A DNA stretch of 64,000 nucleotides from Alphaproteobacteria bacterium (GTDB lineage Bacteria > Pseudomonadota > Alphaproteobacteria > Bin95): assembly GCA_963665325.3 (NCBI GenBank), contig CAXXWS020000003.1:384001-448000 (forward strand), read 5' to 3'. How positions within the stretch are numbered: the stretch's first letter is position 1; every line of letters begins with the position of its first letter. Below are positions 1-10,489 of the stretch, in pieces. The position numbers were made by a program, and so were the translations under genes. The notes below the pieces were generated by a model. That model was not told the origin of the DNA and did not search any database. It worked only from the letters and a program-made list of their open reading frames with translations.

Positions 1-97
1 GGAAGAAGCCGCCCAGCACCGCATCGGCCGGGCGGCCGGTCTCTTCGATGAGCTCCAGAGCCTCGATGGCCGAGCCAACGCGCGCCGCCGGCGTCAC
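1..97 (-). CDS. 5' part of RsmB/NOP-family RNA m5C methyltransferase (runs off the window edge)
   Basis: GTG at 97 overlaps the Smr stop (GTGA); translation MTPAARVGSAIEALELIEETGRPADAVLGGFF resembles the alphaproteobacterial RsmB/NOP N-terminus. Confidence 0.7.
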   Translation of the reverse strand, partial: MTPAARVGSAIEALELIEETGRPADAVLGGFF

Positions 98-657
98 AGC
101 CTCTGCTTCCTGAGATAGACATAGAGCGCGCCGTCGCCGCCATGGCGGGGCTGCGCCGGGGCCGTGTCCAGCACGCGCGCTGCATTGGGCGCGCGCGCAA
201 GCCAGAGCGGCGTTTCCCGCCTGATGACGCCGGCCGCCATGCCGTCTTCGGAACGCCTGCCCTTGCCGGTGACGACCAGCACCAGCCGCCGCCCGGCCGC
301 CTGGCTCTCGGCGATGAACCGGGTCAGGCGGCGATAGGCCTCTTGGCGGGTCAGGCCGTGCAGGTCGATCTTGCCGTCTATCGGCAGGACGCCGCGCCGG
401 ATCCGCCGGGCGGTGCGCTTGTCGATGCCGGGGCCGGGCACCGCCAGGGACCGCAGGGCCGGCGGATCCGAAGGGGCGGACGCGTCGGCCTCCGGCGGTT
501 CCACCGTTTCCGCCCCGCCAACGGGTTCCCGTGTGCGCGGCGCGGGCGGCACTGGCCGGCCCGGCAGCGGACGGACGGACTGCGCCATCCGGCTCCAGAG
601 CTCCATGTCGCCGGGGCCGGGCTTACGTTTCATCGGAGCCTTCCGGCGGTCCATCAT
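94..657 (-). CDS. Smr/MutS2-domain protein
   Basis: IDLHGLT, VLVVTGKG and HGGDGALYVYL motifs. Confidence 0.92.
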   Translation of the reverse strand: MMDRRKAPMKRKPGPGDMELWSRMAQSVRPLPGRPVPPAPRTREPVGGAETVEPPEADASAPSDPPALRSLAVPGPGIDKRTARRIRRGVLPIDGKIDLHGLTRQEAYRRLTRFIAESQAAGRRLVLVVTGKGRRSEDGMAAGVIRRETPLWLARAPNAARVLDTAPAQPRHGGDGALYVYLRKQRL

Positions 658-1288
658 CCACCAGCACGATATGCAGGCGGCGCGGCCCGTGCGCGCCCAT
701 GCGCAGCTCCTGGCCGATATCGGCGCTGCGCGACGGGCCGGTTATCAGGTTGACGGTCCGGGGCACCTCCCCCGCCTCGCGCACCCGCGCCCACAGGTCC
801 TCATAAGCGCCCACAAGGTCGCGCGTGCCGACCAGCGCCACATGCGCCTCGGGCAGGAAGTTGAGTGTGACGGGGCGTTCCGAGCCGGAGAGCATGGCGA
901 GCGTGCCGGTCTCGGCGACGCCCGCGAAGCACGGCGTCAGCGACACGCGGTCCCCGGGGTCCGCCCGGCGGCGCTCCAGGGTCAGCAGCGGGCGGCTGCT
1001 CCAGGGGTAGCGGTCGAGCGCCGGATCGGGCGACGCGGCGAGCCGCGCCGGCAGGTTCTCGGCGGCGAGCCACTCGGCAATGGCCGCCGGCACGTCCTCC
1101 GGCGGGACGGGTCCCGAAACCGTGCCGCCGGCCGCGCGCGCCTCGGCCATGAAACGCGCCACCGGATCGTCGTCGGCGCGGGCCGGGCGGGGGCCCCTCG
1201 GACGGGCGGCAAGCCGGTCCGGCGCGTCCCCCTCCGCGCCGCCGGTGGCCGCCCTGATCCGGGCCAGGATGGCGTCGCGCCCGCTCAT
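623..1288 (-). CDS. lutC: Lactate utilization protein C (LUD domain)
   Basis: MSGRDAILARIR start, AETGT, LITGPSRSADI and GAHGPRRL; lut operon context. Confidence 0.9.
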   Translation of the reverse strand: MSGRDAILARIRAATGGAEGDAPDRLAARPRGPRPARADDDPVARFMAEARAAGGTVSGPVPPEDVPAAIAEWLAAENLPARLAASPDPALDRYPWSSRPLLTLERRRADPGDRVSLTPCFAGVAETGTLAMLSGSERPVTLNFLPEAHVALVGTRDLVGAYEDLWARVREAGEVPRTVNLITGPSRSADIGQELRMGAHGPRRLHIVLVDDGPPEGSDET

Positions 1289-1719
1289 CGCTCCGGGCGC
1301 CCCAGATAGCGGGCGGCGAAGCGCGTCCAGTCTCCTTCGGGGGATTCGACAAGCGTCTCCTCCCGCTGCGGCAGGCGCAGCGTCAGCCCGCCCTTGTCCC
1401 AGAGCCGCTGCCAGCCCTCGGGACCGGAGAGCGCGTAGGCGAGCGACCGCCGGCGCAGCCTGATCATCAGCAGATATTGCAGCCCGGTCGCCATAAGGAT
1501 GAGCGCGCTCCCGCCGACCGCCAGCGCCCAGACCCAGCCGCCGAAATAGAGCGCGGCGAACACCGAACCCATGGCCACGAAAAAGGGGACCGAGTTCTCG
1601 GCCCGGTTGTAGACCGGAGAGTCCGGCTCGTTCAGCCGGCGGAGGTCGAGGCCGACCTCGACCGTTTGCGCGCCTTCGGCCGCAACGATGCGTTCATGCA
1701 GGACCACGCGCGACGCCAT
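1285..1719 (-). CDS. Hypothetical membrane protein (about two TM helices)
   Basis: Fills the lutB-lutC gap exactly, ATGA overlap with lutC, central hydrophobic segment. Confidence 0.75.
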   Translation of the reverse strand: MASRVVLHERIVAAEGAQTVEVGLDLRRLNEPDSPVYNRAENSVPFFVAMGSVFAALYFGGWVWALAVGGSALILMATGLQYLLMIRLRRRSLAYALSGPEGWQRLWDKGGLTLRLPQREETLVESPEGDWTRFAARYLGRPER

Positions 1720-1722
1720 GGC

Positions 1723-3132
1723 TCAGCGCCTCCGCCCCGCCCGCCAGAGGCTCATGAAGCTGCGGCCCTCGGACGCCGGGAAGTCGCGCGTGCCGGTCCA
1801 GCCGCCGGCGAAAGGCAGGCGCCGCCAGCGCTTCCGGCCGCCGAGCACCCTTGCGGCCATGCCCGCGAACGGCCTGTAAAGCGCCGGGCGGGCGGCGAAG
1901 AAGGCCCACATGCCCAGCCCGTAGCGGAATTTGGCCGGGCTGAGGCGGCGGGAGAACTCGCGCTCGCGCCAGTGGCGCATCATGCGGGGCAGAGGGATGC
2001 GAACGGGGCACACCTCTTCGCACTTGCCGCAGAAGGTGGAGGCGTTGGGCAGGTGCCCCGCTTCCTCGACGCCGCGCAGGCCCGGCGTCAGCACCGCGCC
2101 CATCGGCCCCGGATAGACCCAGCCGTATGCATGGCCGCCGATCTGCTTGTAAACCGGACAGGCGTTCATGCAGGCCGCGCAGCGTATGCAGCGCAGCATG
2201 TCCTGGAACTCACCGCCCAGCATGTCCGCGCGCCCGTTGTCGAGCAGCACGACATGGTATTCCTCCGGCCCGTCGAGATCGCCCGGCCGGCGTGGCCCGG
2301 TCGAGAGCGTCGTATAGACGGTGAGTTCCTGGCCGGTCGCCGAGCGCGGCAGCACGCGCATGAACACCGAGAGGTCCTCAAGCGTCGGGATCACCTTCTC
2401 GATGCCGGCGATGACGATATGGGCGCGCGGCAGGGTCTGCGAGAGGTCTCCGTTGCCTTCATTGGTGAAGATCACCGAGGAGCCGGTCTCCGCGACCAGG
2501 AAATTGGCCCCGGTGAGGCCGACATCGGCGCCCAGGAACTCGTCGCGGAGCACGGCGCGGGCCTCCGCCATGATCTCGCTGCCGTCGGAGAGCGAGCGGT
2601 CTGCCGGCCTGTCCGTGTGGGCGGCGCGGAAGGCTTCGGTCCATTGCTCGGTCGCAACATGGATCGCCGGCGCCACGATATGGCTCGGCGACTCGCCGCG
2701 AAGCTGCAGGATGTATTCGCCGAGGTCCGTCTCGACGGCGCGCACGCCCTCTTCGGCGAGGAACTCATTGAGGCCGATCTCCTCCGAGACCATCGACTTG
2801 CCCTTGGCCATGGTCTTCGCGCCGAGGCGGCGGCAGATGGCGAGGATCGCCTCCCGGGCATCCCCGGCGGTGGCGCACCAGTGCACCTCGCCGCCGGCGG
2901 CGCGGCAGTTCTCCTCGAAGCGCTCCAGGTAGAAGTCGAGATGGGCAAGACAGTGGTTCTTGATGTCGCGCGCCCGGTCCCTGAGCGCCTCGAATTCGGG
3001 CAGTCGGGACGCCGCCTCGACCCGCTTCACCTGGAAGCCGCGGCTGAACTTGGCGAGTTCCTGCTGCAAGGGCTCGTCGGCGAGCGCCCGGGCGGCGCTC
3101 GTGCGGAAATTGGCCGGGCCGGAGAAGCTCAT
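1723..3132 (-). CDS. lutB: Lactate utilization Fe-S protein B (LutB/LldF)
   Basis: KGKSMVSEEI, ETDLGEYI, CIRCAACMNACPVY and STFCGKCEEVCPV; start MSFSG at 3132 overlaps the lutA stop. Confidence 0.93.
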   Translation of the reverse strand: MSFSGPANFRTSAARALADEPLQQELAKFSRGFQVKRVEAASRLPEFEALRDRARDIKNHCLAHLDFYLERFEENCRAAGGEVHWCATAGDAREAILAICRRLGAKTMAKGKSMVSEEIGLNEFLAEEGVRAVETDLGEYILQLRGESPSHIVAPAIHVATEQWTEAFRAAHTDRPADRSLSDGSEIMAEARAVLRDEFLGADVGLTGANFLVAETGSSVIFTNEGNGDLSQTLPRAHIVIAGIEKVIPTLEDLSVFMRVLPRSATGQELTVYTTLSTGPRRPGDLDGPEEYHVVLLDNGRADMLGGEFQDMLRCIRCAACMNACPVYKQIGGHAYGWVYPGPMGAVLTPGLRGVEEAGHLPNASTFCGKCEEVCPVRIPLPRMMRHWREREFSRRLSPAKFRYGLGMWAFFAARPALYRPFAGMAARVLGGRKRWRRLPFAGGWTGTRDFPASEGRSFMSLWRAGRRR

Positions 3133-3875
3133 AGCGGCGGCGTCTCGTCCGCCATGCCGGCCAGCACCTCCGCGACATGGCGCACCTCTACGGTGCTGCC
3201 CTCGCGAGAGAGCCGCCCGGCAATGTTCATCAGGCAGCCGAGATCGCCTGCCAGCAGGGCCCCGACGCCGGCACTCTTCACGGCGGCGGTCTTGTCCCGG
3301 ACCATAGCGGTCGAGATGTCGGGATATTTGACGCAGAAGGTGCCACCGAAGCCGCAACACACCTCCGCATCCGGCAATTCCGTCAGTTCGAGCCCCTCGA
3401 CCTTCGCCAGCAGGGCGCGCGGCTGGTCCTTCACGCCGAATTCCCGCAGCCCGGCGCAGCTGTCGTGATAGGCCGCCGTCATCGGCCAGCGCGCGCTCAC
3501 ATCCTCGAACCCGCAGACATCGACCAGGAAGGAGGTCAGCTCCCAGACACGCTCGCCGAAGCCCTCGTCGTCCCCCAGCAGGTCGCGGTAGTGGCATCGC
3601 AGCATCCCGGCGCAGGAACCCGATGGGACGACGATCCACTCATAGCCGCGAAACGCGCGCACCGTCTGCCGCGCTATGCGGGCCGCGTGCTTGCGGTCGC
3701 CGCTGTTGTAAGCCGGTTGTCCGCAACAGGTCTGCGCGGCCGGCACCTCGACTTTGCAGCCCGCCGCCTCCAGCAGACGCACGGAAGCGAACGCGACCGA
3801 GGGCCGGACGAGATCGGCCAGGCAGGTCGCGAACAGGGCAACGGTCCGGGGCGTCGTGCCGGTCTCGGGACGCAT
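3129..3875 (-). CDS. lutA: Lactate utilization protein A (CCG-domain Fe-S oxidoreductase)
   Basis: ALFATCLAD, QTCCGQPAYNSG, YHDSC, CCGFGGTF and DLGCLMNI. Confidence 0.93.
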   Translation of the reverse strand: MRPETGTTPRTVALFATCLADLVRPSVAFASVRLLEAAGCKVEVPAAQTCCGQPAYNSGDRKHAARIARQTVRAFRGYEWIVVPSGSCAGMLRCHYRDLLGDDEGFGERVWELTSFLVDVCGFEDVSARWPMTAAYHDSCAGLREFGVKDQPRALLAKVEGLELTELPDAEVCCGFGGTFCVKYPDISTAMVRDKTAAVKSAGVGALLAGDLGCLMNIAGRLSREGSTVEVRHVAEVLAGMADETPPL

Positions 3876-4022
3876 GCGGCCAATTCTCCGAGCGGGCGGA
3901 TAGCGGTGTTTTAGAACGGTTCCCCGGGAGGGGGAAGACGCCGGGCCCGCGCGCGGCCATTGAAACCGGACGCGGGGACTGGCAATACTCCGCGCTGAAT
4001 TGAAGTTCAGGGAGAACACCGC

Positions 4023-5204
4023 ATGCGCGAAGCCGTCGTCGTCTCGACCGCCAGGACCGGGCTCACCAAGTCTTTCCGGGGCGAATTCAACAACACTCAC
4101 GGCGCGGCGATGGCCGGCCACGCGATCAGGCATGCCATCGAGCGCGCCGGCGTCGAGCCGGGCGAGGTCGAGGACGTGTTCGTCGGCTGCGCCAATCCGG
4201 AAGGAGCGACCGGCACCAATGTCGGCCGTAATGCCGCGCTCTGGGCCGGCTGCCCGGTGACGACCGCGGGCGCGACAGTCAACCGTTTTTGTTCCTCCGG
4301 GCTCCAGACGGTCGCCATGGCCGCGCAGGCCTGCATGGTCAACGGCGTGCCGGTCGCGGTCGGCGGCGGCGTCGAGCAGATTTCGCTTGTGCAGCCCAAC
4401 ATGAACCGCACCCACATTACCGAGGAAAGCCTGCTGGAGCGCCATCCCGACCTCTGGATGGCGATGATCGACACAGCCGACACCGTGGCCGGGCGCTATG
4501 GCGTCACCCGCGAGAGCCAGGACGAATATTCCCTGCAGAGCCAGCTTCGCTGCGCCGCCGGCCAGCAGTCGGGCGCCTTCGACGACGAGATCGTGCCCTT
4601 CGAGACCACCATGCTGGTCACCGACCGCGAGACCGGCGAAGTGTCCGAGAAACAGGTCGTCATCGACCGCGACACCTGCAACCGGCCGACCACTACCCTG
4701 GAAGGGCTGGCCGGGCTCGAGCCGGTGCGCGGCGACGGCAAGTGGATCACCGCGGGCAATGCCAGCCAGCTTTCCGACGGCGCCTCGGCCTGCCTGGTGA
4801 TGGACTCCGCAGAGGCGGAGCGGCGCAATGTCGAGCCGCTCGGCATCTTCAAGGGCTTCGCCACCGCCGGTTGCGAGCCGGACGAGATGGGCATCGGCCC
4901 CGTCTATGCGATCCCGCGCCTGCTGGAGCGCAAGGGCCTGGAGATCGACGATATCGACCTCTGGGAGCTGAACGAGGCCTTTGCCTCGCAGGTCATCTAC
5001 TGCCGCGACCGGCTCGGCATCCCGCAGGACAAGCTGAATGTGAACGGCGGCTCGATCGCCATCGGCCATCCGTTCGGCATGACCGGCTCGCGCCTGGTCG
5101 GCCACGCGCTGATCGAGGGCAAGCGCCGGGGCGCGAAGAATGTCGTCGTGACGATGTGCATCGGCGGCGGCCAGGGTGCAGCTGGCCTCTTCGAGGTCTG
5201 TTGA
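4023..5204 (+). CDS. Acetyl-CoA C-acyltransferase (thiolase)
   Basis: [18 protein letters not shown] and MCIGGGQG. Confidence 0.95.
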   Translation: MREAVVVSTARTGLTKSFRGEFNNTHGAAMAGHAIRHAIERAGVEPGEVEDVFVGCANPEGATGTNVGRNAALWAGCPVTTAGATVNRFCSSGLQTVAMAAQACMVNGVPVAVGGGVEQISLVQPNMNRTHITEESLLERHPDLWMAMIDTADTVAGRYGVTRESQDEYSLQSQLRCAAGQQSGAFDDEIVPFETTMLVTDRETGEVSEKQVVIDRDTCNRPTTTLEGLAGLEPVRGDGKWITAGNASQLSDGASACLVMDSAEAERRNVEPLGIFKGFATAGCEPDEMGIGPVYAIPRLLERKGLEIDDIDLWELNEAFASQVIYCRDRLGIPQDKLNVNGGSIAIGHPFGMTGSRLVGHALIEGKRRGAKNVVVTMCIGGGQGAAGLFEVC

Positions 5205-5235
5205 CCGGGTAGCGCGCCGGAGACGCCGGCGGGAC

Positions 5236-6597
5236 ATGGACGCAAGCCGCAAATTCGCCCGCCATGTCGCGGGCACGGCTTTCGACGACCTGCCGCCGGC
5301 GGCCGTCGAGGCCGTCAAGACCTTCGCGCTCGATTCCTTCGGCGTGGCGGCGGCGGGCACTCGCGGGCCGTATGCGGCCGAGTGGCGCCGCCTGCTGGCC
5401 GGGCCGCCGGCCGAGGCGCGGGTCTGGGCCACGCGCGATGCGCTGCCGGCCCCGGCTGCAGCCGCGATCAACGCCTACCAGCTTCACAACTCGGAAAACG
5501 ATTGCGTCCATGAGGGCGCGGTGGTGCACACCATGGCGGTGTTGTTCCCGGCCGCCATGGCGTTCGCCGAGCGCGAGGGCGGGGTTTCCGGCCGCCGGCT
5601 GATCGAGGCGGTCGCCGTCGGCTCGGACGTCGCCGCCGGGCTCGGCCTTGCTTCCAGGGCCGGGCTGCGCTTCTTCCGCCCGGCGACGGCGGGCACCTTC
5701 GGCGGAACGGCCGCCTGCGCAAAGCTCGCCGGGTTCGGCGAAGAAGAAACCGCGCGGGCCTTCGGCATCGCGCTCGGGCAGGTGTCCGGCACGATGCAGG
5801 CCCATAGCGAGGGCTCGCCGCTGCTCGGCATGCAGGTGGGATTCGGCGCTCGCAACGCCATCGCGGCAGTGGACATGGCGCGAGCCGGCCTGCCGGGGCC
5901 GGAAGGCTCTCTGGAGGGCGAGCACGGCTATCTCGAGCTCTTCGAACGCGACTACGACATAGAGCCGGTGCTGGCCGCCCTCGGCAAGGTCTGGCGCATT
6001 GCGGAGACGGCGCACAAGCCCTGGCCCAGCGGGCGCGCGACCCACGGCGTGGTCGAGGCGCTGCTGGCGCTCCGGGACGAGCACGGCTTCGGCGCGCCGG
6101 AGGTGGCGGAAGTCACGCTCATCGTGACGCCGCTGGTGAACCATCTTGTCGGCCGTGAGGCCCATGCGAACATGGTCGTCAACGAGGCGCGGCTCTCGGC
6201 GCGCTGGGCGGCGGCGCGGATCCTCCTCGGCGGCAGCCTCGGCCATGAGGACTTCACGCCCGAAGCGCTGGCGGACGCCGAAAGCATCGAATTCGCCCGG
6301 CGCGTGCGAGTCGAGGTGGACAACAATCCCGACCCCAATGCGCTTGCGCCGGTCTCAGTCGAGGTCGCGCTCAGGGATGGGCAGCGCCTGTCCAGGCGGG
6401 TCGAGGACGTGCCCGGCGGCCCGGCCCGGCCGCTCACCCGCGAGCAGCATCTCGCCAAGTTCCAGGGCAACTGGGCCTGGGCGGGACTGGAGGCGGAGAC
6501 CGGGGAAGCGCTGACAGAACGGATCGACCGGCTTGAGTCGGTCACGGAAGTGGGCCAGCTTTCGGCCCTTACGCAGCCCGGAGGCAATGGGCAATGA
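5236..6597 (+). CDS. MmgE/PrpD family protein
   Basis: DCVHEGAVVH, GSLEGEHGY and HKPWPSGRATH; typical length; start MDASRK. Confidence 0.88.
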   Translation: MDASRKFARHVAGTAFDDLPPAAVEAVKTFALDSFGVAAAGTRGPYAAEWRRLLAGPPAEARVWATRDALPAPAAAAINAYQLHNSENDCVHEGAVVHTMAVLFPAAMAFAEREGGVSGRRLIEAVAVGSDVAAGLGLASRAGLRFFRPATAGTFGGTAACAKLAGFGEEETARAFGIALGQVSGTMQAHSEGSPLLGMQVGFGARNAIAAVDMARAGLPGPEGSLEGEHGYLELFERDYDIEPVLAALGKVWRIAETAHKPWPSGRATHGVVEALLALRDEHGFGAPEVAEVTLIVTPLVNHLVGREAHANMVVNEARLSARWAAARILLGGSLGHEDFTPEALADAESIEFARRVRVEVDNNPDPNALAPVSVEVALRDGQRLSRRVEDVPGGPARPLTREQHLAKFQGNWAWAGLEAETGEALTERIDRLESVTEVGQLSALTQPGGNGQ

Positions 6598-7679
6598 AAT
6601 GGGCCGTCTTCAGCCTGAGCCAGATGCCGGACCAGTCCCGGCGGGTGGAGGCATTCGACGAGGACCTCGACTATTTCGTGAAGGCGGAGGAGCTCGGCTA
6701 CGACACGGTCTGGCTGGCCGAGCACCTGTTCTCGACCTACGGCGTCGTCACCTCGACCCAGGTCTATGCCGCCGCGGTCGCCCAGCGCACCAAACGGATC
6801 AAGATCGGGACGGCCGTGGTCGCGATTCCCTTCAACCATCCGCTCCGGACGGCCTCGGACTTCGCGCTGATCGACATATTGAGCCACGGGCGCCTCCTGT
6901 TCGGCGTCGGGCGGGCCTACCAGCCGCATGAGTTCACCGGCCTCGGCGTGCCGATGGCGGAAGCCCGCGAGATGATGAACGAGGGCGTCGATATCGTGCT
7001 CGACGCCTGGACGAAGGAGACGGTCAGCCGGCCGGACGGCAGCCACTGGCCGATCCCCGACCCGGTGGAATGCCTGCCGAAGCCGCTCCAGCAGCCGCAC
7101 CCGCCGGTCTATCAGGCGTCGATCTCGCCTGAGAGCTTCACCCAGGCGGCGGAGAAGGGCTTCCACCTGCAGCTTGCCTCGCCCTTCACCTACCGGACCT
7201 ACCGCGAAATATGGGTCGAGAAGCTGGAGGAGAACCTGGCGACCTACGAGGCCGCCTGCAAGGCCAACGGACGCGACCCGAAAGCCGCCGAGCGCATGAT
7301 GCTCATGCCCTATTTCTGTCACGAGGACGGGGCGGCGGCGCGCGAGATCTTCGGCGAGCGCGTGCAGTGGTTCTACAACAAGGTGGCCAGCAACCAGCTC
7401 TCGCAGACGGGCACGTTCGAGCCGGTCAAGGGCTATGAGCTGACCATGACCGAGGGGCTGAAAACCCGTGAGCTCGGCTACCTCAATTTCGAGAAGCTGC
7501 ACGAGTTCGGCGCCTGCATCGCCGGCGACCCGGAGGAGTGCATCACGCGCCTCCGCGAGCTGCGTGACCGGCTCGGAGTCACCGAATTCGCGCTCTGGAG
7601 CACGCTCGGCGGCCTGCCGATCGAGCATGTCGAGTCCTCCATGCGGATCACGATGGAGAAGGTGATTCCTTACGTGTGA
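6594..7679 (+). CDS. LLM-class (luciferase-like) flavin-dependent oxidoreductase
   Basis: AEELGYDTVWLAEH, HGRLLFGVGR and PKPLQQPHPP; ATGA-coupled to the MmgE/PrpD gene. Confidence 0.92.
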   Translation: MKWAVFSLSQMPDQSRRVEAFDEDLDYFVKAEELGYDTVWLAEHLFSTYGVVTSTQVYAAAVAQRTKRIKIGTAVVAIPFNHPLRTASDFALIDILSHGRLLFGVGRAYQPHEFTGLGVPMAEAREMMNEGVDIVLDAWTKETVSRPDGSHWPIPDPVECLPKPLQQPHPPVYQASISPESFTQAAEKGFHLQLASPFTYRTYREIWVEKLEENLATYEAACKANGRDPKAAERMMLMPYFCHEDGAAAREIFGERVQWFYNKVASNQLSQTGTFEPVKGYELTMTEGLKTRELGYLNFEKLHEFGACIAGDPEECITRLRELRDRLGVTEFALWSTLGGLPIEHVESSMRITMEKVIPYV

Positions 7680-8221
7680 TCCTGTCTGCCGGCGCGCATG
7701 TCGCCGGTCTCGCCAGGCGGGTTGCCGAGCGGCGCGAAATCCACGTTGCCGCGCGTCTGCCGCCAGGCGTCGAGCGACCAGCGCACGGACGGGAAGGCGA
7801 TCTCGTCCCAGGGAATCTCCTCCCAGCGCATAAGGCGGACATCGGTGCTTTCCGGGCCCGGCGCGATCTCCGGCGAGGCGAGGCGCGCACGGAAGATGAG
7901 CTGCACCTGCGAGAGCCGCGGGATGGAGAAGACCGCCAGCAGCCGGTCGATCTCAATGGCGGCGCAGGCTTCCTCGACCGCCTCGCGGACGGCGCCGTCC
8001 TCCGGCGTCTCGTGGAGTTCCAGATAGCCCGCCGGCAGGGTCCAGAAGCCCTTGCGCGGCTCGATGGCGCGCCGGCAGATCAGCAGCCGGTCGCCAAGCG
8101 TCGCGACCGAGCCCACGACGACCTTGGGGTTCTCATAGGCGATATGCCCGCAATCGGCGCAGACCAGCCGTTCCCGGTCGTCGCCCTCGGGCACGGTGCG
8201 GATGAAGGGCGCGCCGGTCAT
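7670..8221 (-). CDS. NUDIX hydrolase with N-terminal zinc-ribbon-like segment
   Basis: RLVCADCGHIAYENP and the Nudix box GYLELHETPEDGAVREAVEE. Confidence 0.9.
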   Translation of the reverse strand: MTGAPFIRTVPEGDDRERLVCADCGHIAYENPKVVVGSVATLGDRLLICRRAIEPRKGFWTLPAGYLELHETPEDGAVREAVEEACAAIEIDRLLAVFSIPRLSQVQLIFRARLASPEIAPGPESTDVRLMRWEEIPWDEIAFPSVRWSLDAWRQTRGNVDFAPLGNPPGETGDMRAGRQDHT

Positions 8222-8231
8222 GGGGCGCCCG

Positions 8232-8870
8232 CTACGCTGTCCCGCGGATGCTGGGCCGCGCCGCCACCTCCGCCCGCCAGCGCGCGAGGTGGGGGCGGCC
8301 GTCGGGTGCATCGATATCGATAAATTTGGCGAAATCGACGGTGCAGTAAGCCGTGATGTCGGCGGTGGTGAAGCGTTCGCCGGCGAGGAACCGCGCCTCG
8401 CCGAGGCGGGCGTCGAGCCGGTCGAAATAGAGCACCGTCCGCTGGCGGCCGCGCTCGATCAGCCCGGGGATCTGCGCGGACTCGCCGGGAATTCCGGGGA
8501 GCGCGCGGCCGGCGAAGCGGCGCTTGGCGTTGCGGAAGGATTCGGCGACTGCAAACAGCCCATCGAACTCGGACATCCGCTCCCACATCTCGACGCGCGC
8601 CATCTCCAGCGCATCGGCGCCCATCAGCGGCGGGTCGGGATGCAGCACCTCGAAATAGCGGCAGATCGCCATGGCTTCGGAGATCAGCGTGCCGTCGTCG
8701 AGCTCCAGCAGCGGGACCCGGCGATAGGGCGCCTTTTCGAGGAAGGCGGGATCGAGGGCCGGCTTGCCGGGGATGCTCGCCTCCTCCATCGGCACATCGA
8801 TCCCCTTCTCGGCCAGGTAGATGCACACCCGGCGCGGGTTCGGCGCGATATTCCAGACATAAAGCTTCAT
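8232..8870 (-). CDS. Glutathione S-transferase family protein
   Basis: APNPRRV, VPLLELDDG, ISEAMAICRYFE and FTTADIT. Confidence 0.92.
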   Translation of the reverse strand: MKLYVWNIAPNPRRVCIYLAEKGIDVPMEEASIPGKPALDPAFLEKAPYRRVPLLELDDGTLISEAMAICRYFEVLHPDPPLMGADALEMARVEMWERMSEFDGLFAVAESFRNAKRRFAGRALPGIPGESAQIPGLIERGRQRTVLYFDRLDARLGEARFLAGERFTTADITAYCTVDFAKFIDIDAPDGRPHLARWRAEVAARPSIRGTA

Positions 8871-9264
8871 CGCCGCTCGGCTTTCCCCTTGCGGGTTACC
8901 CGGGTCCGGGAGCGGACGGATGAGGCGCCGCTCGCGAGGTGCGAGCATGGCGCGGCCTGCCATTCCTGTCGAGGCCGGGGGAGGCAGCGGAGACCGGCCG
9001 TGCTTGCGGCCTCACCACACGGCATGGCAGTTCGCACCCCCTCCAAAGGCAGGGCGCGCCTTCCGGCGGGATGCACCCCGCTATTGCGCCGGGCATCGGT
9101 GCACGTCCGGGTCGCGCGCAACCCCCGACATTTGATTCGGCCGAAACGCTGCTCTACGCTCTTTGGACCATACGCCGCGAGTCATGCAGGTCTGCGAACG
9201 CTCCGGTAGCGGAGGGAGGCGGATCGTTCGGGCGACGCTTGCGGCGCAACAGGGAGGACACTCC

Positions 9265-10356
9265 ATGAAACGCCGTAAATTCGTTCAAGGCGCCGCGACC
9301 GCAGGTGTCGCCGCCGCCGCCTCGACGCTGGCGGCCCCCGCCATCTCGCAAGGCCTCAAGGAATGGAAGCTGGCCATGTCCTGGCCGCTCAACTCGCCGG
9401 GGTTGGGCACGTCGGGGCAACGGGTCGCCCAGCGCATCACGCAACTCTCCGGCGGCAAGATTTCCGTCAAGGTCTATGGCGGCGGCGAGCTGGTGCCGGC
9501 GTTCGGCGTGTTTGACGCTGTGAGCGCCGGAGACGCCGACATGTATCATTCGGCGGAGTACTACTACCAAGGCAAGCACAAGGGCTTCAACTTCTTCACC
9601 GCCGTTCCTTACGGACTGACCGGCATCGAGCACGCCGCCTGGATGAAATATGGCGGCGGGCAGGAGCTCTGGGACGAGCTTGCCGGCGGGTTCAACCTCA
9701 AGGGCTTCCAAGGCTCCAGCACCGGCACGCAGATGGGCGGCTGGTACCGCAAGCCGATCGAGAAGCTCGACGACTTCAAGGGCCTGAAGTTCCGCATGCC
9801 GGGTATCGGCGGCGAGGTGCTGCGTGCTCTCGGCGTCACGGTCGTCAACCTGCCGGTGGCGGAGATCTACCCGTCGCTCGCATCCGGCGCCATTGACGCC
9901 GCCGAATGGGTCGGCCCCTGGCACGACCTCGCCTTCGGCTTCCACAAGATCACCAAGCACTACTACTATCCGGGCTTCCACGAGCCGGGCACCTCCGCCA
10001 GCCTCGCGATGAACAAGACGCTGTGGGACAGCCTGAACGCAGAAGAACAGGCCCTGGTGACGACGGTGATCGAGGCGGAAGCCTATATCCAGTTCGCCGA
10101 GTTCAACGCGCGCAACCTGGGGTCGCTGAACGTGCTGCTGAACAAGCACGGCGTGCAGCTGCACCAGTATCCGGAGGACATGCTGATCGCCATCGGCAAT
10201 GTCGCCGGCGAGGTCGTGCGCGAGATCGGCAACACCGACGACATGACCAAGCGCATCTATGACAGCTTTATCGCCTATCGCAAGCAGGCCATCGACTGGG
10301 CCAAGATCGGCGAGCAGGGCTACATGAACGCGCGGCTCCTGCCGTTCAACTACTGA
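9265..10356 (+). CDS. dctP: TRAP transporter substrate-binding protein (DctP/TakP-like), Tat-type signal
   Basis: KRRKF signal, QMGGWY, KFRMPG, IDAAEWVGPWHD and YYYPGFHEP; RBS GGAGG. Confidence 0.93.
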   Translation: MKRRKFVQGAATAGVAAAASTLAAPAISQGLKEWKLAMSWPLNSPGLGTSGQRVAQRITQLSGGKISVKVYGGGELVPAFGVFDAVSAGDADMYHSAEYYYQGKHKGFNFFTAVPYGLTGIEHAAWMKYGGGQELWDELAGGFNLKGFQGSSTGTQMGGWYRKPIEKLDDFKGLKFRMPGIGGEVLRALGVTVVNLPVAEIYPSLASGAIDAAEWVGPWHDLAFGFHKITKHYYYPGFHEPGTSASLAMNKTLWDSLNAEEQALVTTVIEAEAYIQFAEFNARNLGSLNVLLNKHGVQLHQYPEDMLIAIGNVAGEVVREIGNTDDMTKRIYDSFIAYRKQAIDWAKIGEQGYMNARLLPFNY

Positions 10357-10489
10357 TAAGGCGCCGCGCGGCCCACAAGGCCGTCATGCGCCGGGCGAGA
10401 CGCCCGCGCCACACCGGGCGCGGGCTCTCTGCCCTTGCCTTGGGGTCGTGTCCGGCCCTGTTGGACCGGGAAGCGAAGATTGCAAACGC

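Noticed and set aside
8880-9260. Possible riboswitch or sRNA upstream of dctP
   Set aside because: No recognisable aptamer consensus; compatible with divergent promoters
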